DNA of 62,166 bases, filler included, from Asterionella formosa (lineage: Eukaryota), in assembly GCA_002256025.1 (NCBI GenBank). It is 3 parts of 3 records of this genome, joined end to end, with 100 filler letters (N's around TTAATTAATTAA, not from the genome) between each part and the next. Parts side by side here need not be neighbours in the genome. Positions count along the whole stretch, not along the records: positions 30,164 to 60,176 come from NKIB01000920.1; 2 more parts are not named here. One strand, written 5' to 3'. The stretch's first letter is position 1. Each line of letters begins with the position of its first letter. The notes beneath the pieces were generated by a model. That model saw only the letters and a program-made list of their open reading frames with translations, was not told the DNA's origin and made no database searches. The translations under genes and the position numbers were made by a program. Shown one piece after another: positions 34,636 to 46,927 of the stretch.

Positions 34636-35859
34636 GATGACAAGCACACACAGGAGCAGACTAGGATACGGTATAAAGACTCAATCAATCAAGGAATGAG
34701 CGAGCGAGAGAGCGCGAGAGCACGAGAAGAACAACAATATACAACCTAAAACAAGAGTGGAGTAGCAGCAACAATGTGTAATGTATCGATTCAAAGGGTT
34801 TTAGAATAATCATTCAGCCAAGGCCATGACAAAATCATGAGAAGGCAGAGGTCAGCATCTTGAATTATGCATACTGGTCGTAGTCTATGTTGCAACATAC
34901 GACGAATAGTTCCGGAAGAAGAATGTCTGTCTTAGCAGGGTTATATCTGTTCAAGTCATACATGTATTTACTTCGAAGGAAAAATAGCTAAATTTCTCGT
35001 TTTCTGCGACTTCCTCTGGTGTCCTCAGTTCCTCATCAAGTCATTATTGCCAGCTGCATCCATAGAGTTGTGAAACAATCTATTTTATAGTTTTAGAAAA
35101 GACTATTGATGTCCTCCTCTATCACCAGCATAGGATGTGGTTATTCCCAAATCTGTCACTTTCGTTGTTGTGTCCTTGCTTGCTTGTCATTGTGTTTTCT
35201 AGTTTGGTAGTCATGCTCATGTAAATGTATTGTTTTGTCACCACTTCATGAGGAGTTTCCATTGATGCTGTAACAACAAGCCATTCTTTCATAATGTAAT
35301 CTTCACTCTTGAACACTTCTTTGTTGTGGGACAGCAAGTCAACATTACATCGAGTAAATTCACATTTTGCGCAAAATATGCCAGATACGAACATAATTAT
35401 TCAAGCAATGTTGCAGCGATTTATGTACTAACAACCAATAATGACCGTGCTTTGAACTCGTCAATAAGCTAGCATTACTTCCGTATTTGGTCCCAAAGGT
35501 TGCTGTTGACAAGAAATGGAATAAAAAAGCTAAATTAAATTGTACTCCATTCAGCTCCACCTGCCATCAACTTTTGCATATGTATACAAGTATTAGAAAG
35601 TGTTTCTGTCGGTAGATTCATTTATGGCTGGATGCAATTTTTGGGGCCACCGGGTAGACCCTGTAGGCCTAGTATTAGCATAAATCCTAAACCTATGGAA
35701 TATAATATTTTGCGCCTGGATCGGCATGTTATAATCACATCCACCATGTTGTTATTATTCTGTTGCTTTACTCAACAATAGGCAGAGCATCCTCCTGTCG
35801 TGCCACCACTTTAAATACCAGTACTAGCTTTCTTTCCTTCTTCATGAGTACTGGTAGCG

Positions 35860-36210
35860 CTACTATTAAACACCGACGTATTGCAAGAGACTGCCTGGAA
35901 CCAAAACACGCAGTGCGCGGCAAGAAGAAAAAAGAAACCGGCATGTACGTCGGAATTTGCGAGGAGATTATGGAGGTGACAAACGCTACCATGGACATGA
36001 CAAATCATACTACCGAAACTCCTATGCGTGTGTTTTGTCCCTACAATTGAAGACGAGTGGTACAAAGACCAATACTAGTGCGCGTCAAGCAATAGAACGG
36101 AGCGCTGGTGGCTCGCTGACACAGGGGCTACCATGCACATCACTATGACTGACGAATACATGACCAACATCGAAAATGTCAACGTCTCGGTCATTGCTTG
36201 TTGGTGATGG
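35860..36210 (+). mobile_element. Degenerate copia gag-protease fragment, opposite in orientation to the adjacent element
   Basis: Zinc-knuckle remnant HRRIARDC near 35870 and aspartic protease motif WWLADTGATMHIT near 36105-36145. Confidence 0.7.
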
Positions 36211-36369
36211 TAAAGAGGGGGGGGGGGTAAAGCCACTGACGCCATTACCCTACTATCGAATGCTCTGGCCAGTATCATGGAGGGGCGCGATGATGATGAA
36301 GACTCTAACCAGGGGGGAAGATGAGACATCTGTGAGTGGCTAAGTGGCCGGGGAGTGATGAAATCAGCT

Positions 36370-39300
36370 CGGTGGTGTCTACTCTGTGTTGCCTTGATGA
36401 TTCGTTTCTTGCGTTTTAAGACCATTGGAACCCACCAATCAAAAGCAGGCTCGGTTTCGATTTGGTTCGCTTTGGCATATTCAGCAACTTCAATCGGATT
36501 TGTTTCCTTCAGAGTCTTTAATGGAAGCCAGGACGTAGATCCATCCCTCCATTCGACTTCTAGATTCCGACCAGTTGTTGTCTTCTAATTATAATGTTTC
36601 CCGTTTCGCTGGAAGTATTGATCACTCTTCTCCACAGCCTTCCTTGGATCACGGCGATGGTCCACAATTTCTTTGAAGAGTTGGTGCTGTCTACCCTCCT
36701 CGTCTACCTGACTGAGAAGATGTTTTGCCAATATATTGTATGCGATTTGCTGTCGCTCACCGTCTAAGAATTCGACCTCATAAACCCTGGAATCTAACCT
36801 TGGAAACCTGTACTTTCGCCCAACCAGGTTCCCGTTCGCATCCCGCTTTCGTTTAATGACCACCACAGCAATCATATCGCCCTCCTTGTGTGGAAGTACA
36901 ACCTGAGCCTTAATCAGTGGGTTGAAACTTGGACCATTAGGATCTTCTTCCAGATCTTCATCCATAGGGAGAATGCCATCAGGGGTAGCCTCGAAGATCT
37001 CTTCTTCAGGCTCATCTACCTCAGACTGGAGGATAGCATCATTATTATGAACCCCAACATGCTCCTTTATTCTAATCTCAAATTCTTTAATTTCATCTCT
37101 CAGCGTTGGATACTTTAAATAATCATGATTGACAATCGGATTCACAGTCGACCAAGCGATGTACCGCCCATTCGCCTTAAGTACATAGTAACATAAAGCT
37201 TGCCCAACGCGCTCTTGGAGGGGCTGAGCCATCTCCCGAGTTTCCGTCGGGCCAGGCCACTCTTGTCCATATCATTGGGATCATAGTAAATCACAAACTG
37301 ATAGAAATCGAAATCTGTGTACTCCGAAATGTCGGGAGTCTCACCTGTCATCACTTCGTATAGAGATCGACCCTCAAGTGCAGGTCTAGACATGAGCTCA
37401 CGGATGTTGGAGGTATATTCCGCTGCAAAACACCATAGCATGTCTGGACATCTGTACCTATTCATGATATGACGCCAATGCGTCTTGAATTGTCCAATCT
37501 CGCTCTCAGCTCTGTTCATCCAGGGACTGTGAGGCTCTGTTGTTGTGCGAGGAACCAAGTGGGTCTTCCGGACTCTCTCGAACTCTGTGAAGTCCCCCGT
37601 TTCCGCAGCTGCATTGTCTGAGTGGATACCTAGTTCTGGAATTCCATATTGCCGGATGGCTTCATTGAATCTATCCCCACAGTCTGCCTCAGAGCGCATT
37701 GGATACACCTTGGCCCAACACTGATCATTACAGAAAAGTTGTGCACATGTGTGTCCCCTCACCGACTTCACCTTGTCCTTGGGAAACATGGTATCAGTAT
37801 ACCACTTAGTACAAAGGTGAGGGTATCGTAACTGTCCTTGACGCGTACAAAACCGGCGGGAGAGCTCTTCCATTTGTGGGTAAAACCGTACTGCTCTGGT
37901 TGTAGATGCCTACAGGGTACTCGCTGCAGTTGCCCAACTTGTCCCCCATCGTTGGGCCAGTGTGGCTGCGTCCACAGTTGAGCGGCGATCTGTTCTGGAA
38001 GTGGCTCCAACACAGTGCACAGCAATGTCGCCATGTGTGCTAAAGAACTCCCCAGTTTTATCTCCATGAGCAACATTTTCATAAACCTTCTCGAGGTTGG
38101 CAAAGGACTGCGAATAAGGGTCCCATGCTGCCTCGGAAGGAAATGTGACGTGCCAACAGTTGAATAGTTCATCGTCGGTAAGGAGGCGAGTAGTGAGATA
38201 GCTGATGCATCCATGCATCTTGAATGGGAAGAAAAGGTCTTGTTCTGGAACGTTAATTCCATGCAAAGACTTTCCTATGAATATTAATGATGGTTTCCTG
38301 TACCCCTGTTAGGTCAATTTTTGTTGCACATGTGCCAATTGGAACATCCAAAAAGGATCCGAGCTCACCAGAGAAGCCCTGAACATCTGCCACTCGATCG
38401 CTTTGCTCTAGTACTAGGCGGAATGTTTTCCAAAAGCAGCATGTGTTGGCTCTGGAATCCACTTCCAGTCGAGCTGTGACCTTAAAGTCATTAGGATGCT
38501 GTATGACTAGTGCCTTTCCAACTTTGTAGCCCACTTTAAAGTGAGTCACCACTCCAGCGAGCTCCCTACGGGTGCTGCTTGTTGAGCTGACCTATTGCTT
38601 CTTGGTTGGGTCACTTGGCATGTGGCTGGGACCTTCAGTCGCATCATCTTCAAAATCGGCTCACTCATTGTCATGTCCTTCACTTGATACCGATTTAACA
38701 ACACGACCTTCCTCTTTATTTCGACCCCTGAGCAGATAACTCACATATTTGCTCCCAAGTTTCCCTCCAGCTTTCTTCACTGCCTCAATTACATTATCTG
38801 GAGTATAATTGTGCTCGCCCTGTTGTTTCTTATCGCCTATCCCTTTTCATTTCTCGGAATCCTTTCTCTTTAATGCTTTGATTTTTGATTTTAGTTTCTT
38901 GATTTGCCGATCTGGAGTGCTATTTTGACCATCATCACCTGGCTGTCTGTGCCTTTTTGTCAGTAGCAACAATCTCAGCTGCTATGCCTTTTGTCTTTTC
39001 ATGGAGGATCATGATGACAAGATCACAAACTTGGGTATACTTGTCCACTCCAGCCTTCATGCTTTCAAGTTCTTGGTGATAATTCAACAAGGTATTGCTG
39101 AACTTATCCCAGGGGAAGTTTTTCGTTGCCCTATACTGTAACGTTTTGAGTTTGTTCCTCACTTCTTGAGCCCTGGTTTCATTTTTGGAAGTACTCTGAA
39201 ATTGAGAATGCATGCTCAAATATGCAGACCGCCCATATCCGGGGAACTTCCTTGAGTGTACTGAGGCGCCGCCATCAGCAAGGGCCATTTCTAACATCTG

Positions 39301-40860
39301 ACTGACCTTGAAGTTATCGCAGTCAAATCTTTTGCCTGAGAGTGTGGTACCCTTGATCTGACGTCTTATAGATGACTCTTCTTTCCTTGCTCTAACAATA
39401 ACATAGAGTAGGGGATATACTTCTTCATTTCTAGAGTTAGAGAGATAAGCTCTCCACTTTATATTGAAGGTCTTATAAGAAATCTGATTGCCATTAAAAG
39501 TAGGCAGGGTTAGCCCATCCTTGGCACCCCCCTCAGATCTCCCTTTAGTTGTGCCCTCTCTTTCCTCCTGATTGAGTAAAGATGCAAGAGCGTCATCATC
39601 AAACTTGGTGAGGTTCACGAGGCCAAGATTCCTACCTGCCTCTTGTTGCTGTCGAAGCCATCGATGTAAAACCCTAAAGCCTTGAACAACCAGGACCCGA
39701 AGTCCTGTCAACCCTTCATAATGAAAGAGTTTGTCCAATGCATCTTTATCGAAAAGGCGTGCAAATGATTTTGCTGAGATCGCCCCATTATCTATCACGA
39801 TATCTGCTTGGGTTGGGGTGAGTCCAAAGGTGATCAATTTCTCTCGAAATTGCGGCTCTGCCAACACACCATTAAACTCAATGAACACTTGCGCCATGGC
39901 AAGTTGATCACCAACTGAAACGCCCGATGGATCGTCATCATCATCGTCGCTTTCGTTGCCTCCACTATCGCCTGAGCTATTGCTGGGGCTGTCTGCCGGT
40001 CCAGAGGAACTGTCACTCTGACTCCGATCGCTTGCTTGCAGATCTGGTGCAGAGATTCGGACCTCGTGAATCACTTCAGGCCGCATTCCCACAACTCCTT
40101 CCGCCTCAACGACATCATCTGGCGGCTCCAGAATCTCATCTTCTCCCTGGGCTGCTCGAATTTGCGCTCTTGTTGCTCGTTGAGCTGCAATGACACGCTT
40201 AGAGACCCTACCACCCTGTCGAACCCTCTGCTTGGTTCTTGGTGACATGGTAATGACCCCAACACTGGCTGGTGAACAACGATGCGCAAAAGCGGACTCC
40301 CAGAGTGCCGAAACAAACGTTGCTTGCTGGCCAGCAATTTTCCCTTCGAATATTACAACAATCAACCGATAAAGGCTACTGAAGAGGCTACTTGGGTCTG
40401 ATAAACCGACTAATTCTCCGATCAAACAGGGGCGATGGGGAGAATACTGAACCTAATGTTGCAATTAGCGCTATCGAAGGGTACCACATGAAAAGAAGAA
40501 GTGTTAACAGAGCAATATCCAACATAACTTGTTGGATGGGAAAAACTAGACATATTCCAGACAAGGATGACCAAAATGCACGCTGGTCCTACAGGCCGCT
40601 AGTACCAGGCGCCTGCATGTCATAAGACAGACCTCGCAGGACTACACCTAACGGTTTTCCCCGTTGAGCATACGCCCGAGACACCCTGAGGTATACCCAG
40701 AATTTACCACCATGTTGTTTGTTATCTTGTTTATTGTCTTGTCTTTTGGTCATTCTTGCCAACACTAACACAAGTGATCTACCTTGTTCTAAAGAATTGA
40801 AAATTATCTGTGGAAGCTCAGATATAGGAAAACGAGGTAAGAACAAGATAGTTTTGCGTT
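36370..40860 (-). mobile_element. CoDi-like Ty1/copia LTR retrotransposon, frameshifted, truncated before RT
   Basis: In order: LTR end ...CAACA (40713) and PBS-like TGGTGGTAAATT; gag; protease LEVDSRANTCC; integrase (WYTDTMF, IHSDNA, TEPHSPWMNRAE, GETPDISEY); then YEVEFLDG and VEWRDGSTSW segments. Contains stops and frameshifts. The outer LTR boundary is approximate. Confidence 0.9.
38935..40248 (-). CDS. Copia gag-like ORF
   Basis: Long open frame from ATG 40248 (MSPRTKQR...) with LPTFNG and YPLLYVI, located upstream of the protease and integrase. Confidence 0.7.
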   Translation of the reverse strand: MSPRTKQRVRQGGRVSKRVIAAQRATRAQIRAAQGEDEILEPPDDVVEAEGVVGMRPEVIHEVRISAPDLQASDRSQSDSSSGPADSPSNSSGDSGGNESDDDDDDPSGVSVGDQLAMAQVFIEFNGVLAEPQFREKLITFGLTPTQADIVIDNGAISAKSFARLFDKDALDKLFHYEGLTGLRVLVVQGFRVLHRWLRQQQEAGRNLGLVNLTKFDDDALASLLNQEEREGTTKGRSEGGAKDGLTLPTFNGNQISYKTFNIKWRAYLSNSRNEEVYPLLYVIVRARKEESSIRRQIKGTTLSGKRFDCDNFKVSQMLEMALADGGASVHSRKFPGYGRSAYLSMHSQFQSTSKNETRAQEVRNKLKTLQYRATKNFPWDKFSNTLLNYHQELESMKAGVDKYTQVCDLVIMILHEKTKGIAAEIVATDKKAQTAR

Positions 40861-42271
40861 ATCATCATTGTTGTTATCAATTAAGCCACTCTAACATGTT
40901 GCTTTTATATCTCCCCTGCCTATTTGCAGGATTCTTTGCTTGTCAGCCAACTAAAATCAGCCAGATGCTAGTGGGATAATGATTGGAAGATTTCCCACGC
41001 AAGCAAGTAAAGCAGTGATATCAGCAAGCTGTTCAGCAATTTATGCAGCTGCTGGTATTAGTAGTGTCACTAGCTAGTAGTCATGTAATGTAAATATTGT
41101 TCTGTTATATAAAACAAAAATATTAAAATATTGCAATAGTATTTCCATTCATAGAAATTACAGTTGATAGTTGCAAACAAAAATCGTGGTCATTGATCCA
41201 GAAATTATGTGATCAGACATACAAAAATATTGTTAGTTGGCCCCAAAAATTATGTGGGTTTCTAAAATAATTATGGAAGTTGTCGAAACTATTTTAGTTC
41301 ACTCTTAACATATATATTATCATGTGATGTCATACCCTTTAAATATGTACGTAGCCAAATTCATCATATTGAGCAACCCAACTAATTAATTTGGGTGATC
41401 ATATTTGACTAGCCTTTTTTTCTTGCAGCTGTACCAATAATCGGCGTTGTAGATGTGGATCAGGGAGCCACGCTCCAACGAGGTAAAATCAGGACATTCT
41501 TGAATGTCTTAGTAAGTTCGTTGAGCGGATCCAAGGTACGCAGGCAAAGCTCATATAGGACCCATCAAACAGGTGCCCAACGAGGTGACAACGCCATCCA
41601 AATGTCGTCGGACACATCCCCGCTACTCCACTCCTAAATCACGATATCGCTCCTCTGGAGCAACGATAGGCATTGGTATGTCCACTACTGCGTAGCCATC
41701 TGGCCGGCGAATTGCGCCACCCTAAGATTCAGACAGCTACCTACTCATGATTGACAACTGCTCCTGCTCAAAGTGGCTGTGTAACCAACAGCCGCGCGGA
41801 TTTTGTGGGAGGACCCTCCCCAGTCATAGCCAAAATAAATGGTGTGGGAGGTCCCATCCCGGTGTTTCTCAAAGTCACGATCAAATGGCGCATAGAGGAC
41901 TATCTGGGTCGTATTCACATTTTTCGTATTCCAGGAACCTATTTTGCCCTGGCGGCCCCTTTTAGGGTGTTTTCTTCCCAACATTGGAGTCAGCAGACTA
42001 ATAAGAGAGCATAGTGCGCCACAAACGAGGACAGGGTAACTCACCACTGGGGTAATCACAAATATGTGCGATCTAGTATCCAGTTAGATCCAATCACAAA
42101 TTTGGCAATTGTGCGAACTGCTCGCTCCAGGGTCCACCAGATATCAGATCTACGAGGCAATTATAGACGCAAAAGATGAGCACAAGATAGATCTAAAATG
42201 CATGTTTCAAAGTTAACACGATCACAGATGATGAATGCTCAGACTATGACGACGAGGAGGATGTTGCTGTT

Positions 42272-44240
42272 ATGATCAAAGGTATCGGATAAACGAATCA
42301 AAATTTAATGTTTAAAGATCATAGTTTATACCGGAGTAGTTGCTCATGCATGCAACCCCTTCCCCCTCCCCCTGTATTCAGTACGGAAGTTATAACCCCC
42401 AAGCTACCAAATTTTTATGTCTTGTAAGAATTATCGCGCGCAGCATGCATACATACATGACTCCTACTGGTATATACAATGCGGAAATGATGACCACCAG
42501 ACTACCAATCCTATAGGTCCTGTAGAATTATCGCTACATGGCTGCATATCTAATGAAAGGGCGGGTGGAGTCATCCATGCACCTGTATAGCATGAAATAT
42601 GGAAATGATCAAATATAGTCTACACAAGGAGCAGTGCATCATATACCCTATTATTTTAATTCCTATGAAATCTCTTGATCTGTTCTGCGCTTTTTCGCCA
42701 CAATTGTTTACATTGGCTGTTTCACTGGACAGCATTTGAATTGATTGTGCTTCGAACAAAGCAATGATCAAAGTCCACCCCATTGCAGAATGGTGAGTCT
42801 CACAACTAGACTAAGTATCAGCCAGTCGATTAAAATTGTACTGTCTTTTGTGCACCCTCGTTGTGTTTGTACTTGACTTGGCAGCTGTCAGTCAAGAGCA
42901 GCCATGGTATTCCACCATTTATTGTCTATACAAGTTTCGAATGCGTTCAGCTATGATAACTTTTGCTCCCCCCTCCTAAACACTATCTCACCACGCACCC
43001 TTGTCATAGATTTTTCTTTATCCTTTGGCTTCACAGGCCCAGGTTACCCAATGCCTTCATCTGCAAGTTCAGCCAAGCAGGTCCACGTTGGCGTCAAGAA
43101 AACCTCAACCCCGATTTTCCTCACATGCTCAACCCATTGACTTCTTCATTGATGAAGTCGAGGTAGCTATATTGACGACATCAGTTGGCGCAGGCTTGTG
43201 TATAGATTAATGATGCCGAAAGCATTGCTTCCTTTTCCCGTAGGTACCTATTTGTCAACATTGTTTGGGTCAATCCACCATTCTTGTTCCCGCAAGACCA
43301 GAAGCAATTATCCCTTTACTTCTCCTCCCAAGAACCTTCATTTCTCTTTCACAATTGTCCTGATGTTTGCAGAGCACTTTTAGTTCCCTTTTGATTTTTC
43401 CACTGGTTTCGATCCCTTTTGCATTCAAGTCAAGAAACAAGCAACTCATTGAGATTTCTGGAGGTTTTGGTCAGTGTCACCATACAGCAACAATCAACAG
43501 ATCATTTCGGCTGTTTTCCATTTTCTGTAGCAAGTGACATTCAAGAAGGGTCTGGGATCATTGGTGGGGAGAAAAATTAGTAGGCTTCTCTGGTGTGTTT
43601 TTTCCCGCCTGTTTGGCATTCTACCATTGCTTCCTCTCAATCAATACTAGCTAATATAGCCAATGAAAACCGTAATTAGATGAAATGCGACTTCCGGTTT
43701 CTAATATTTTACATTGCACTGCCTTCTGAAACTTGAATCCATAAATGGGCATTCAACTTGTGCTTCTTGCATTTTTGCAGTATAGACTAGCTGGTGTTCG
43801 ATAGGCCAAATTGTCTCGCTTTTCATGAACATCTACAAAGTAAAAGTGCTTTTGTCGAGATTGCTTTGTCTCTAAATCCAACTGCTGCCATCCATTGAAA
43901 CATTCCAGATACATCAAAGAATACGCTCCTGTCTTCAAAGGTAAGGAACTAGTACGATGACAAAGAAAATCTAATGAGACATGAAAATTACGAAACCAGA
44001 ATCACTCTGTTACTATAGCTACATAGACAGTCTCATGCTTCTTTGTTCATGTCGCCTGCTATGCTGCTTTTCAATTCTAGATGTATAACGTTCTTGATAG
44101 AGAGACGATGTTACTACAGAGCAGTAGATTGTGCTGTTCTATAATGGATGCGGTTTAGCTATGATTGAGGTTGTAACACTGATTGATGCTCTGGTGACAG
44201 ACCGGAAATATTCGTCTTGCTTGTGTGATGAGCCATTTTA
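42272..44240 (-). mobile_element. Decayed Tc1/IS630-like DNA transposon, copy 2
   Basis: Colinear with 22840-24780 from TGATCA(C/A)AGGTAT to GATGA(A/G)CCATTT. Confidence 0.65.
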
Positions 44241-44259
44241 TGATCAGATGATCATAATC

Positions 44260-45400
44260 CTATGATGCATCATAGGAATATGATGGCTTTTATTTGCAGA
44301 CATGTCCCTCTAACCCAAGGGCCATACCCCTGCCAGAAGTTGGTACCACAAATGGGCATGTGTCCGGTGGCCTGTTGCTGCATTCAGGAACTCACGCCAG
44401 CCCTTCTTCTTCTGATCTTGCAATTTATGGGGGCAGAAAACTACATGATTGAAGTCCTCGTTGAATCTACCGCAGCATGGGTGGTGAACGTCATTTGCTG
44501 GTTCACTCCGCTTGCGCCCATTCATCATTGCCAATAATTCGAATTCTAGCTTGAAGATTGTGTAATACCACCATGGCACTCTGGTGGTAGCTACGTACCT
44601 GCTCCCTAGCACACCATGCGCATGCTGTCCAATCGATCATGTCGTAAATGTTGTTGGAGTCCCACCCAGTAGGAGATATGATATATGCCTGGAAAAGATC
44701 ACAGTAGCATGCCTGTAAAATGGCTGGCCATAGGGATGTGACTTGTAATCCATTTCCGATCCAAAACTAGGACGGTCACATTGTGTCCAGGAGGTGGAGT
44801 ATAGGGGGAAATGGGGTTGTGGCTGCTCATACACTGATTTGCCTGGCTGGGAGGCAAGCTTGTCAACATCGCAGTTCAATTTGGCCTGCCACGCACGGGA
44901 GCTGGTTGTATGCAACTTCCAAATCTTGATGCGATTTAAGATATGGCATGGCATAATGGTGATACGATGTTTTGCGGCTATATCTTAACAGATCATATTC
45001 TGGAGCTTAAGTCACTGAGGGGCCTTGTTGGGTTGCCCATGCACTTATACAAGTAATGAGAGCCTTTTTGTCTAAAAGCACCCCCTCTACTGAGAGGGGA
45101 GACAAGCGTTGGTCAGACGCCACTCGGAATGATGACAAAGGATGATATTCCCGCCTCCAATGGCCCTGAAGTGACCTGAATAGATGATTCCATCGCTTTG
45201 CTTGATTTCAATTTAAATTCGTTGTTGAGAAACTTCCAATCCATGGTGACGTAGAACATTTCTAAAGTGCTAGTGATCCCCCAGTTGTGTAGAGAAGCTG
45301 TTCCCAAAACTGAGCTGTTTTTAGCATATCTTGGGCAAGTTCATGGATGTTAGGTCTTTCAGAGGTCAACATAAGTTCCATATCATCCACGTTGGTTTCT
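44260..45400 (-). mobile_element. Degenerate non-LTR retrotransposon (LINE) 3' fragment with RNase H and CCHC remnants
   Basis: Minus-strand fragments APEYDL, QAKLNCDVDKLA (RNase H C-terminal pattern), PCCGRFNEDFNHVVFCPH (CCHC finger) and GWREF; many stops. Confidence 0.55.
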
Positions 45401-45953
45401 GCAGCATGGTGTAACGAAAGTGTTTTGCGGGGGTTTGAAAATCTAATGCCCCTCTATTGTTTGGAGATAGCGCCAAGGAGGATGGGGCAGCCAAAGGGCA
45501 GGGGAGGAGGCGCCTGAGATTTGGAGGGCACCACATACCCAGTTCTGAATATTAGAATAAGATTCCTCAGATATCCCCATTGCAGTGCGAAGCAATTCGA
45601 TGCAACATCTTTTCTAATGTATGCAAAAGTGTGCCCACTGCGTTTTTGTTGGCCCCCAAACGACGCAAGATGAATACTATGTATATACATATATATACAT
45701 GAACAAATAAACTGCCCACAATTATACATACCCGTAAGTATATATATGAAAAATATTGTGCCCACCCCCTGGTACAATTATACCGTTCATGCCCGGAAAA
45801 GATGTCGCCATATGGCTGCATGTCTGGCAGCGTGCTTTCTTCGCAACGTGGACCGGAAGTATGAGTGCTGCTAGTCAACAGCCTGCACCTCCTCGACGAG
45901 GATGACCGTCCACAACGGTGCTGCTCCATTGATGAGGAGGAAAGAATATCATC

Positions 45954-46586
45954 ATGAAACGACAGATCAAGGAGGCCAACATTCGAAAGAATGATGTTTT
46001 GTTTGGAAGAGGCTCCAACCTCAATCTTCATAATAAAGACACGGTTTGGAGGGAATATGTTGACAATGAAGGCTTTAAAAGTTGTTATCAACTTCATCCA
46101 TTCAAGGATAAATACGCCAAATACCTTCTGCAGCTCGTTCGGGCTCACAGCAGACCGGCATCACGCTTTTTGGTAAGAATCGACGATACTTCTTGCTGGT
46201 ATGAAGCTGAAGAAGAGGAGATAATTGAGAAGACAAAGCGGAAACTTCGAGAGCCTATAGTTCAAGGCAGCAATCAAGTAGGAAATCACACAGCAAATGA
46301 ACATGTCCCCAATCCACCACCAGATGAACTCGCACCTTTCAACCATGTTCATTTAGTAGCCAATGCCGCACCCATCATCCAAATCAACGAAGCTGGGAGT
46401 GATGCTGAATGCATTACTATTCCAGTGAACCAGCAAATCCTTCAACTACGCAATGATATTCAAAAGCTTCGGCAAGAGTTTCAAGAGTCTACAGCCCATT
46501 TCACTGAGGCAATTGGTTCAATCATGACATTGTTGACTCACATTCAAGCTTCTCTTCCTCAGCAGCCTTCCAACCATTCAGATTAG
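45954..46586 (+). CDS. DUF6824-like domain protein with coiled-coil C-terminus
   Basis: NDVLFGRG...RFL...WYE.....EKTKRKLRE pattern typical of this diatom-expanded family; intact 210-aa ORF. Confidence 0.75.
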   Translation: MKRQIKEANIRKNDVLFGRGSNLNLHNKDTVWREYVDNEGFKSCYQLHPFKDKYAKYLLQLVRAHSRPASRFLVRIDDTSCWYEAEEEEIIEKTKRKLREPIVQGSNQVGNHTANEHVPNPPPDELAPFNHVHLVANAAPIIQINEAGSDAECITIPVNQQILQLRNDIQKLRQEFQESTAHFTEAIGSIMTLLTHIQASLPQQPSNHSD

Positions 46587-46793
46587 TTACTTTGAAATAT
46601 CATCAGCAACTACTAGGCTGTTCGTTCTACTCCATAATTGCACGGCCCTATACACAAAAAAAATTTATACATAGTATGTTGAGAGCCACTGCAATTGCAC
46701 TAAAATTTACTGTTGAAGTAAATTGTAAATCAACAGCACCTTGTTGCTTAGCACTGTGGTATAGCCAGCTACAAATCTAATTATTTGAATCTG

Positions 46794-46927
46794 TTAGGGT
46801 TAGGGAAAAGGGATGACACGACCTCTAGGTGTCCTTCCTATTTAGCACCACCCAGCCCTTTTAGGGTTACTAGGGAAAAGGGATGATACGTCTAGGGGTC
46901 ATCCCTCTATAGCACCCAGCCCCTTCT
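46794..46927 (+). repeat. Two ~66-bp diverged direct repeats starting with TTAGGG
   Basis: TTAGGGTTAGGGAAAAGGGATGAC...CCCAGCCCTT and TTAGGGTTACTAGGGAAAAGGGATGAT...CCCAGCCCCTT. Confidence 0.75.
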
